Shown piece by piece: positions 17,015 through 24,890 of a stretch of DNA of 64,000 nucleotides. Origin of the DNA: Candidatus Micrarchaeota archaeon (lineage in GTDB: Archaea > Micrarchaeota > Micrarchaeia > Micrarchaeales > Micrarchaeaceae); NCBI GenBank assembly GCA_021827525.1, contig JAKAVJ010000013.1:9191-73190 (forward strand). Direction: 5' to 3'. The position numbers and the translations under genes are program-made. How positions within the stretch are numbered: the stretch's first letter is position 1; every line of letters starts with the position of its first letter. The notes under the pieces are model-generated. The model had not been told where the DNA came from. It saw only the letters and a list, made by a program, of their open reading frames with translations, and did not search any database.

Positions 17015-18559
17015 TCACACTTTTATGGTATCGTATCTTTTGAGCTCGAAAGGTATGCGATCTATTATATCCTGAGCTATTATATGGCTGCCTTTTTCAG
17101 CATATAATGCGTCACCGATTGCCGAATGCGCATAAACTGCAGCTACGGCGCTCTCGAAACTGTCCGCATGCACAGATGCATACGAACCTATCATACCAGA
17201 TAGCACATCCCCCGTACCCATGGTCGCCAATGCGGGCGTCTTCGCTATGTTTATCTTCAGGAGATCGCCATTGGTAATTATGGTCTCATTGCCTTTGAGC
17301 ACGAGCACGCAGTTATACCGCTTGGCAAAATCCAATGCAGACATCACTTTGTTGTGCAGGGTTTCTTTGGATAGATCAATACCCGATATGGACTTGTATT
17401 CGCCGTAATGAGGGGTCAGTATCATGTCGTTGCGTATCAGGTTCTGGTATTTCGTCAGTGCTTTCATTGCCCCTGCATCTATGACCATATGGTTTCCCAG
17501 CTCTCTCTCGTACTTTATTATTGCCATGAGCTTTTTGTAGGAGTACTTGAGGTTGGCTATGCCAGGGCCTAGCACCATTGCGGTATGCTTTGTATTGTGT
17601 ATTATCTCTATAACGCCTTCTAGCTCGGGAGACTCTTCGAAGCCCTTCACAATTATGCCGGGGGATTGCTGCCTTAAAAGCATTTCTATCTGTTTCGGCA
17701 CTGCAACAGTCACATAACCAGAGCTCAACCTTAGCGCAGCTATGGCCATATTGGCTGCACGCGCAGCTAGAACCGGTGCGCCGTGATAGTCCTTGCTGCC
17801 GCCTATTACCAGCACGCTGCCGCGTGAATACTTGTTTGCATATAGGTACGTAGGTTCGGTAGCAAGAGCCACATCTCCAGGCCCAGACAATACCTCTGCG
17901 GATATAGGCACGCCTATATCTATGGTGTTTAGACCCTGCATAGAGCTGTTCTTCGCTATACCTTTCTTTATCTTGTGCAACGCTAGTATCGCCGTAGGCT
18001 TGACGTGTATCACGTTCATTGTGCCTGTGTCCGGATCCACCCCCGAGGGTATATCTATAGATATGACCTCTTTCTTGGAATCGTTGACCATCTTTATCGT
18101 ATCCCTAACTAGCCCTGTGAGCCTCCCCCTGAGGCCTATGCCTATCATGGCGTCGATGACGGTATCGCTTTTTGACAGGTATCTCTTTAATGTATTTACG
18201 TTGCCTTCGTCTATCATATCTATGTTCATCATGTCTGATAGTATTCTGTAATTGAGCAATGCGGCCTTCCTGTGCATCTCGGATATGTTGCCGATTATTG
18301 CAACCCTCACATTGGTATAGTTGTAGAGATGCCTTGCTAGCGCCATTCCTACAGCGCCCTTGCCTCCGGTGCCGCAGAGTATGAGAAAGTTGTAGCCTTT
18401 CTTGCTCCGCATCAGGTACTCGGCTATTGCCGAGCCAGCGTTCTCAGTCATAATATTTTCCTCGAACCCCAGCGCCTCGGCATTTGCAAGCAGGGCGTAT
18501 GCACGCCTCTTGCTAAAGTACTTATGCGTGTATATTGTAAACTCTTTTAAACTTTGCAT
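17015..18559 (-). CDS. nnr: Bifunctional NAD(P)H-hydrate repair enzyme (YjeF_N epimerase plus ADP-dependent dehydratase)
   Basis: N-terminal LILCGTGGKGAVG (YjeF_N) and a C-terminal carbohydrate-kinase domain with GTGDVLSGMIGS. Confidence 0.85.
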   Translation of the reverse strand: MQSLKEFTIYTHKYFSKRRAYALLANAEALGFEENIMTENAGSAIAEYLMRSKKGYNFLILCGTGGKGAVGMALARHLYNYTNVRVAIIGNISEMHRKAALLNYRILSDMMNIDMIDEGNVNTLKRYLSKSDTVIDAMIGIGLRGRLTGLVRDTIKMVNDSKKEVISIDIPSGVDPDTGTMNVIHVKPTAILALHKIKKGIAKNSSMQGLNTIDIGVPISAEVLSGPGDVALATEPTYLYANKYSRGSVLVIGGSKDYHGAPVLAARAANMAIAALRLSSGYVTVAVPKQIEMLLRQQSPGIIVKGFEESPELEGVIEIIHNTKHTAMVLGPGIANLKYSYKKLMAIIKYERELGNHMVIDAGAMKALTKYQNLIRNDMILTPHYGEYKSISGIDLSKETLHNKVMSALDFAKRYNCVLVLKGNETIITNGDLLKINIAKTPALATMGTGDVLSGMIGSYASVHADSFESAVAAVYAHSAIGDALYAEKGSHIIAQDIIDRIPFELKRYDTIKV

Positions 18560-18660
18560 AGTATTAATTCTTTAATAATATTAAAAGACTTAGCGGTGTT
18601 TGAATCTCGAAGATATATAAGCAGGGCAATAAGCTCGTTGTCAGCATACCTTACGAAGTT

Positions 18661-19479
18661 ATGACTGCGCTTAACATAAAGGAGGGCGACGAGGTCGACT
18701 TCTTCAAGTATTCCGATACATACTTCCTTTTCGCCAAGAAGAGCGACGTAGTGAAGGCGATAACCAGCTTCAAGCCAGGGAACTCGCAGGCGAACAGGCA
18801 GCCGCAAGGGTTTCCCAAGGAGGTTGGTCGCATAGAGCTCAGTACTCCTGAGCTTGCGCTGCTGAAGAAGCTAGACACGATAAAATACAACGATAGAACC
18901 GAGGCGAAGGTGTTGGGCATGCTAAGCAGCGAGGAGAAGAAGGCGTTGCAGAGCCTGATTTCAAAGAAAGCAGTATCGCTGTTCAAGAAGGAGGATGCGT
19001 CAAGGTACAGCATAACAAAGAGCGTCTATGACAGGTTCCTGTACGGCAAGCGGGAGGAAAAACCAGAAGTCAGGGCGCCAGAGCAGGAGAAACACGCGGA
19101 GAGGGCAGTAGAAAAGACGTGGGTATCAAAGCTCAAGGAGCAGAACATGTATGCGGACCTGCTCGAGGCGAAGGGGTACATAGTGCTTTCCAATGAGGCT
19201 GAGGCCGCTGGACTATCGACTGCGCTTGAGGAGAGCATAAGGATGGGTCTAGTCGTAGGCACGAGGGCCTTCAATAAAAAGTTTTATGTAGCGCTGAAGG
19301 GTTTCGTCACCCAGAATGCACCTGCCATACTTAGGCTCATAGAGAAGAAGAGCGCAGATATAGCGGCCATAGCAAAGGGAGCAGGGTTGGAGGAGGATGC
19401 CGCCAGAACAATATTGTACCTGTTGGCTGAGAGCGGCGACGTCACTGAAGTAAGGCGGGACATATTCAAAGCTGCTTGA
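18661..19479 (+). CDS. AbrB/SpoVT-like N-terminal domain protein with C-terminal winged helix (hypothetical regulator); the N-terminus probably extends upstream of the first ATG
   Basis: Coordinates follow the ORF track. The in-frame upstream peptide ISKIYKQGNKLVVSIPYEV (from 18604) completes an AbrB-type motif (g..v.IP.ev...l.ikeGdev.f) that the ATG at 18661 would truncate. Confidence 0.55.
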   Translation: MTALNIKEGDEVDFFKYSDTYFLFAKKSDVVKAITSFKPGNSQANRQPQGFPKEVGRIELSTPELALLKKLDTIKYNDRTEAKVLGMLSSEEKKALQSLISKKAVSLFKKEDASRYSITKSVYDRFLYGKREEKPEVRAPEQEKHAERAVEKTWVSKLKEQNMYADLLEAKGYIVLSNEAEAAGLSTALEESIRMGLVVGTRAFNKKFYVALKGFVTQNAPAILRLIEKKSADIAAIAKGAGLEEDAARTILYLLAESGDVTEVRRDIFKAA

Positions 19480-19513
19480 ATCAGGTACTTGCAGGGCTAG
19501 ATTGTGCCATGTA

Positions 19514-19630
19514 TTATACTGCGGCGAAGTGGTTAACTATGATTAGTATTATCGCAAATACCACTATCGCTATTAGGACTACTTTCGGCCCGACCTTAGG
19601 GCCTTTCGATGGAGCGTCATAGAAACTCAT
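19514..19630 (-). CDS. Small tail-anchored membrane protein, Sec61-beta/SecG-like candidate (38 aa, below the ORF-track cutoff)
   Basis: Hand translation: MSFYDAPSKGPKVGPKVVLIAIVVFAIILIIVNHFAAV. The FYD...K.GPK.V motif followed by a single C-terminal TM resembles archaeal Sec61-beta. Confidence 0.3.
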   Translation of the reverse strand: MSFYDAPSKGPKVGPKVVLIAIVVFAIILIIVNHFAAV

Positions 19631-19825
19631 GATTCCCGCTTGAGACTGCGGGGTATACAATGTTGCCATAGCCTTTCACCTTTGCTGCATCTTACATATG
19701 CTATTTAATGTTCAACTTTAATAATGTTTCCCTGTCCTGCCTGTCTTCGATGCAGAAAAGCCATGCAAAGCCTGCAAGTATCGAGTATATATAGTTTTCA
19801 TTTTTAATAATGTATAGGTGCTTGG

Positions 19826-20359
19826 TTGGAAGCTGCTCCTATGACACACGATAACCCAATGGGTGGCGCAGTACAGAATGATGCCGAAAGCAGTGGAAAC
19901 AATCGGGAGATTCACCTTTCTAAACCGCTCGCCTTCTGGTTCGGCTTTCTAATCATAGGAGTAGTAATACTCGTGGCCGTAATGCCTTTGTTGCCGGATA
20001 TTGGTATGTCCTCTTTTAGTGCGGTACTCGGAGCCTTGGCTAAATATATACTATACTTGCCCGGATCTATAATCTTTCCGCTGATAGTAGCGTTGTGGAT
20101 AGGCGAGCGTGTAGGCATAGTAGAAAATAGGATCCATAACGCCTTGACAATAGGTCTTCTCAATGCGGTATATACATCATTGATATATGCAATAGGTATA
20201 TTCGTAGTATTTTTGGTGCTTCGTTATTCCGCAAATATGACTGCAATTGGAGTAACGCCACAGGGCTTCTTGGTATATTTGCTTGCTATCCCGGTCTCTA
20301 TACTCATAATACTAATCCCTACTTTCTCAGCAATGTCTGCTGCGAGGAGGGTAAAGTGA
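19826..20359 (+). CDS. Hypothetical polytopic membrane protein
   Basis: About 5 hydrophobic helices. The ATG at 19841 (MTHDNP...) is more likely than the TTG at 19826. Confidence 0.5.
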   Translation: MEAAPMTHDNPMGGAVQNDAESSGNNREIHLSKPLAFWFGFLIIGVVILVAVMPLLPDIGMSSFSAVLGALAKYILYLPGSIIFPLIVALWIGERVGIVENRIHNALTIGLLNAVYTSLIYAIGIFVVFLVLRYSANMTAIGVTPQGFLVYLLAIPVSILIILIPTFSAMSAARRVK

Positions 20360-20372
20360 TGCATGCATGTAG

Positions 20373-21548
20373 CTAACGCTTAGCCGAGCTGACTATCTTT
20401 ATTATGTCATTGTTCTTCAGTTTGTAATCCTTTGCTACCCTGACCTTCTTGAGTGCATCTATTGCATAAAGCATGTTTTTTGCTATATCAGTGTGTATTG
20501 TTCTTGCTAGGTCTAGAGCCGTTGACCCGTTCTCCATCAGTATGGCATCAGGCAGGACGTTGCCGTTATGGTCGGTATACTTGTTCTCGTCCTCCACAGG
20601 GTATACAACAATCAGGTTGAGCAGGTCGAAAACTATCGTGTTGAGCAGTCGTTGTACGCCCGACCCTCCGTTTGCCTTCATGAACCTTGACATGTAATCG
20701 AGCGCATCCTTCTGCTCTTTCGTGATGCCCTCCTTTGCCAACGTGAATGAATCCCCTCCATCATATGATACCACTCCGGCCTTGGCCGCCTTTTCTAGGG
20801 CAAGCTCTATGGCTGCGGAGCAACCGACAACATATTTCTCCCCATATTCTGCCTTCAGGCGTGCTAGGTTCTCCTTGGCGCCGGCCTTGTCCATCTTGTT
20901 TGCAGCTATGACCACGGGCTTGGACCTCTTCAGCAGCGCCTTTGAGAACGCCATTATGTCGTCGTCTGACCAGTTTATTCTGCTAGTCGATAGGAAGCAT
21001 TCCTTAGCCGCTTCTTCTATGTATTCCCTGCTAATCTTTAGGCCCGCGAGTACATTGTGCAGCGCCTCGGTTCCATCATCTGCTTTTGACATTGCATTCA
21101 TATGCTTCTTTAGTATGTCGTATAGCCAGGCATGCAGCTCGCTCAGCACCATTTTTATGTCTTCAGACGGACTGCACCCTTCACATGGATTGCCATTCTG
21201 ATCCGTACCGCCGCTGGCATCGACGACGATCACCAGGGCATCAGCGCCAGCCAGGTCGTTCAGGAACTTGTTGCCCATGCCTTTGCCCGAATGCGCATCC
21301 TTGACCAGGCCCGCCACGTCAATTACGTTTATAGGTATGCTCCGCATACCGTTTGAACAGCTGCCGCTCCTAGCGTTGCACTTCGCCCCTATCAGCTTTT
21401 CCGCACATGGGACTTTAACGTATGCGACGCCCATGTTAGGGTCTATAGTTGTGAAGGGGTAATCGGCTATCCCAACATCGTTGAGCGTAAGCGAGGAGAA
21501 GAGAGTGCTCTTGCCCTTGTTCGGCGCCCCTATTATTCCTATTATCAT
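20373..21548 (-). CDS. Obg-family GTPase (YchF/Ygr210-like) with C-terminal TGS domain
   Basis: G1 GAPNKGKST, G3 DVAGL, G4 NKMD. TGS-like C-terminus (...VAKDYKLKNNDIIKIVS). Confidence 0.8.
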   Translation of the reverse strand: MIIGIIGAPNKGKSTLFSSLTLNDVGIADYPFTTIDPNMGVAYVKVPCAEKLIGAKCNARSGSCSNGMRSIPINVIDVAGLVKDAHSGKGMGNKFLNDLAGADALVIVVDASGGTDQNGNPCEGCSPSEDIKMVLSELHAWLYDILKKHMNAMSKADDGTEALHNVLAGLKISREYIEEAAKECFLSTSRINWSDDDIMAFSKALLKRSKPVVIAANKMDKAGAKENLARLKAEYGEKYVVGCSAAIELALEKAAKAGVVSYDGGDSFTLAKEGITKEQKDALDYMSRFMKANGGSGVQRLLNTIVFDLLNLIVVYPVEDENKYTDHNGNVLPDAILMENGSTALDLARTIHTDIAKNMLYAIDALKKVRVAKDYKLKNNDIIKIVSSAKR

Positions 21549-21556
21549 GTTATGCG

Positions 21557-22900
21557 CTACCTGAATAGTTTTATCCTGACAACTTTCTTGTTCTTTAACT
21601 CGCGCAAGAAATAATAAATCACCATCAGCGACATTATCAGCACCACGCCTATCTCCAGGGCTTCTCTGGGCATGCCCGCAATGAACAGAAGAAGCAGCAC
21701 CACGCTAACTATTGTCAAGTAAGGGTATAGGGGTGTGCGGAAGCTCGCCTGTAGGTTCTTCTGGCGCCTGAAGTGCATTATGGCGAAGGCGCTTATCAGG
21801 TACGAGAAAAGCAGCCCGAAATTGCTTATTGCAGCTATTATGTATATGTTGCCCGAGAAGAGCATGACAACGCCAATCACTGCCGATATTATCACACCAT
21901 TGACTGCGACATCCCTCTTCTTGTCGTACTTCCTGGTGAGCTTAGGCAATAGATGCGCATCGCCGATCTGGTAGAGCACCCTCGAAGAGCTCAGTATCAT
22001 CGCCAGTGTCGCTGACGTAGTTGCAATCAATGCACCTATGTCGACTATCAGTGAGAGTGAATATGGAGCATGCACGTAATTCAGCGCGAACGCAAGCGGA
22101 TCTGCATTGATGGTGTATTTAGATGCAGGCACCATGGCCATTAGGGCAACCACTATCAGTATGTAGAACACCATGCTTACCACCACTGACAGCAGTATCG
22201 CTTTGGCGGCACCCTTGCCGCCTCCTTCGACGTCAGAAGTGAATGTGGATATTGACTGGAAGCCCGAATATGCGAAGAACACGGCTATGCTTGCTGCAAA
22301 TATGGCCGCAATGGTGTCTTTTGATGGTATTGCGGCGAAGTTGGAATAGTGGAAAGCGTGCGAATAGAACGCTATGAACATTGCAGCTATTATGAATATG
22401 CACAGAATGCCCAGCTTGAACAGCACTATCCAGAAATCCGCCTTGGCCGCCTTCTTGATGCCGAATATGTTCACTACAGACAGAACGAGTATCAGCGCCA
22501 TAGCAAACGCGTACTGGTAAGGCATGCTATGCATTCCCACCAGCTGGCCGAGGTATGACCCAAAACCCAGGGCTATGGCAGATATTGCCGTGGCGAAGCT
22601 GAAATAGAGCAGTATGCCTGTTATAAAGCCGAGCTCGCTGCCGAACGCCTCATAAACATAGGAAAACGAAGCGCCCTTCGCATGGGGCATTATTGTACCG
22701 AGCTCCCCATACTCGAAAGCTATGATTATTGCCAATACACCGACTAGCACGAACGCCAAAAGCGCCTCAGGACCTGCTAGGGCGATAGCCGTGCCGCTCA
22801 ACACAAATATGCCCGCACCTATTATGGCGCCTAAGCCGACCGCGGTTGCAACTCTTACGCTTATTTTCTTGCTGGGCATCGCATCAGACGATTTTTGCAA
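21557..22900 (-). CDS. Amino acid permease, APC superfamily
   Basis: 447 aa, about 12 TM helices. N-terminal GLGAIIGAGIFVLSG signature typical of APC transporters. Confidence 0.8.
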   Translation of the reverse strand: MQKSSDAMPSKKISVRVATAVGLGAIIGAGIFVLSGTAIALAGPEALLAFVLVGVLAIIIAFEYGELGTIMPHAKGASFSYVYEAFGSELGFITGILLYFSFATAISAIALGFGSYLGQLVGMHSMPYQYAFAMALILVLSVVNIFGIKKAAKADFWIVLFKLGILCIFIIAAMFIAFYSHAFHYSNFAAIPSKDTIAAIFAASIAVFFAYSGFQSISTFTSDVEGGGKGAAKAILLSVVVSMVFYILIVVALMAMVPASKYTINADPLAFALNYVHAPYSLSLIVDIGALIATTSATLAMILSSSRVLYQIGDAHLLPKLTRKYDKKRDVAVNGVIISAVIGVVMLFSGNIYIIAAISNFGLLFSYLISAFAIMHFRRQKNLQASFRTPLYPYLTIVSVVLLLLFIAGMPREALEIGVVLIMSLMVIYYFLRELKNKKVVRIKLFR

Positions 22901-23004
22901 TGCAAGTTATTAATTGTTTTGAGGTATGCGCACATAAAATGAATCTGCATCAAAAACCAGAAAAGTATAAATAGGTAGGGCAGCAATAACATTTTACATC
23001 GTAT

Positions 23005-23089
23005 GCAGGGATAGCAAAGCCTGGTCAAATGCGACGGGTTCAGGGCCCGCTCCCTTAGGGGTTCGAGAGTTCAAATCTCTCTCCCTGCA
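23005..23089 (+). tRNA. tRNA-Leu(CAG), long variable arm, no intron
   Basis: Acceptor GCAGGGA/TCCCTGC; anticodon loop TTCAGGG; 14-nt variable arm TCCCTTAGGGGTTC; T arm GAGAG-TTCAAAT-CTCTC; discriminator A. Confidence 0.85.
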
Positions 23090-23110
23090 CTGCTTCGATT
23101 ATTGAACAGG

Positions 23111-23129
23111 TTTTTGTTTGTTTCGGTTT
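23111..23129 (+). terminator. T-rich tract after tRNA-Leu
   Basis: TTTTTGTTTGTTTCGGTTT begins about 20 nt after the tRNA 3' end. Confidence 0.4.
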
Positions 23130-23193
23130 GAAAGGCCTAAATAGTATATAGCTACCAAAAGCTTTAAATAAACATATTGTTTATTATTAGTAT

Positions 23194-23799
23194 ATGAATA
23201 GTTTGATCGGGAAGATAGGGCGTGCAATCGAAAACTCACCGAACGGAATCGCCGAGCTAGAAACACTTGAGAGTCTGCAGCTCTGTGACAAATTTACCCT
23301 GAAAACGACGCTGAGCAGGTTGGGCAAGTCAAACAGGATTATACGACTGAAACGTGGGGTATACTCATCAAATCCGATAAGAGACACGTTCATAGCTGCA
23401 CAGTGCATCTACAATGGATATATTGGTTTTTCGAGTGCACTATATGTGCATAAGCTAATTGCAGAACTCCCATTCACTGTAACTGTAGTTACAACGTATA
23501 AGTCTGCCTCAAAGGTGATCGGAGCATATGAATTTAGGGCCATTGCGATGAAAGAAAAGGCAATCGGATTTGAGAGTATGGGGGAATTGACAGTTTCCAC
23601 TAGAGCAAAGACCCTATTTGATTGCCTTTATTTAGAGCGGTATTCAATAGAGAGGGATAAACTTATTGAGGCCTATAAACTAGCAAAATTAAGTTCAGAT
23701 GAACTAAGGGAATTTAATTCTTATGTGAAGCGCTTTGTTTCAGAAGGAAGGCGTGCCAAGTTTAACATGATAAAGAAAGAGATAGCTAGTAAAGGTTGA
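23194..23799 (+). CDS. abiEi: AbiEi-like antitoxin/transcriptional regulator (type IV toxin-antitoxin)
   Basis: N-terminal wHTH with the characteristic IIRLKRGVY motif. Its stop overlaps the start region of the nucleotidyltransferase gene. Confidence 0.7.
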   Translation: MNSLIGKIGRAIENSPNGIAELETLESLQLCDKFTLKTTLSRLGKSNRIIRLKRGVYSSNPIRDTFIAAQCIYNGYIGFSSALYVHKLIAELPFTVTVVTTYKSASKVIGAYEFRAIAMKEKAIGFESMGELTVSTRAKTLFDCLYLERYSIERDKLIEAYKLAKLSSDELREFNSYVKRFVSEGRRAKFNMIKKEIASKG

Positions 23800-23804
23800 A
23801 TTTA

Positions 23805-24608
23805 ATGGAGCTGGACTTAGAGGTATGCAGGACGATTGCCATTCGCTACGGGCTTCCCCTTCAATTTGTATTCAAAGAGTTCCACCTAATGGATGTTATA
23901 TCCAAAATAGCTGCAATTACGGTTCAAAAGCCCAACCCGTTGGTGCTCAAAGGAGGCACCGCGCTTAACAAAGTATATCTACAAAAGATGCAGAGGTTTT
24001 CTGAGGACGCCGACTTTGATCTTGTAACGAGGGACTCACACCAAGAGCTTTACAGATTTAGCAAAAAACTTGCAGGTGGAATCGATGGTTATCAGATCGT
24101 GGAGCTGCGCAAAGTGCGCTCTATAATACAGTTTTACTGTATGTATGATACCCCGCTGGGCGGAAAGGACCACGTCAGGATTGATATATCTCCAAAAAAG
24201 CTCCTCACTGCCAAGCCGTTGGAGAATAATATGATAATTTCAGAGTTCACGCACTCTTCTGTGAGTGGCATACCAATATATTCCATAGAAGATTTGACCG
24301 CACGCAAGATGCATGCGCTTGCAGACCGCGCAGAAGGCAAGGACCTATATGACGTCCACATGGCTCTGCCGATGTGCTCCAAGGAGGCGCTCAAGACTGC
24401 AATAGAATTGATGCTGAAATCGGAGGGTGAGAAAGGAACAGTAGATTTATTCGTGCAAAGATCTATCATGCGCCTGAAAAAGAGCGATCCGAAGAAAATG
24501 CGCAATCTTACGAATCCATTTATCCCGGCTGCAAGGAGGCCAAAAAGTTGGGAGGAGCTTAAGAATGATCTATTAGCAACGCTCGAATACTTCCAAAAGG
24601 GCCTCTGA
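23805..24608 (+). CDS. abiEii: AbiEii/AbiGii-family nucleotidyltransferase toxin (DUF1814)
   Basis: LVLKGGTALNKVY ... RFSEDADFDL motif of the AbiEii NTase family. An alternative TTG start at 23796 overlaps the abiEi stop. Confidence 0.75.
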   Translation: MELDLEVCRTIAIRYGLPLQFVFKEFHLMDVISKIAAITVQKPNPLVLKGGTALNKVYLQKMQRFSEDADFDLVTRDSHQELYRFSKKLAGGIDGYQIVELRKVRSIIQFYCMYDTPLGGKDHVRIDISPKKLLTAKPLENNMIISEFTHSSVSGIPIYSIEDLTARKMHALADRAEGKDLYDVHMALPMCSKEALKTAIELMLKSEGEKGTVDLFVQRSIMRLKKSDPKKMRNLTNPFIPAARRPKSWEELKNDLLATLEYFQKGL

Positions 24609-24773
24609 GTCCATGGGTTCGAACCTAGCACTTTACATATTTGGGCGTTAAAATGGCTCTTCTGCATATTCGCTCCGTTCGTCTAGGTATATTTTTGTAT
24701 AGCTATGCTTTTTATTTGTTACCCATCAAAATGGTATTGTGGTTTTATGGTAAACGAGACAAAGGAGGAAGAG

Positions 24774-24890
24774 ATGAATGTGTGCCCGGTATGCGGCAGG
24801 ACTGGCGAAAAGTGCGAGTGCAGCGAAGAAACTGCTAGCGGCGAGTCAGGATGCGGCTGCGGTGGCAACTGCGGCTGTGGAGGCCACTAG
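24774..24890 (+). CDS. Cys-rich micro-protein (38 aa, 9 Cys), putative metal-binding
   Basis: MNVCPVCGRTGEKCECSEETASGESGCGCGGNCGCGGH. The ATG at 24774 is preceded by AAGGAGGAAGAG (GGAGG 7 nt upstream), and a TATA-like GGTATATTTTTG lies at about 24686. An alternative start at 24747 is possible. Confidence 0.45.
   Translation: MNVCPVCGRTGEKCECSEETASGESGCGCGGNCGCGGH

Noticed and set aside
24609-24640. tRNA-like fragment GGGTTCGAACC after abiEii, considered as a distal att site for the tRNA-Leu islet
   Set aside because: It does not match the tRNA-Leu 3' end (GAGAGTTCAAATCTCTCTCCCTGCA), and no flanking stem or cloverleaf can be drawn. A TTCGAA-containing 11-mer is too weak to support the idea.
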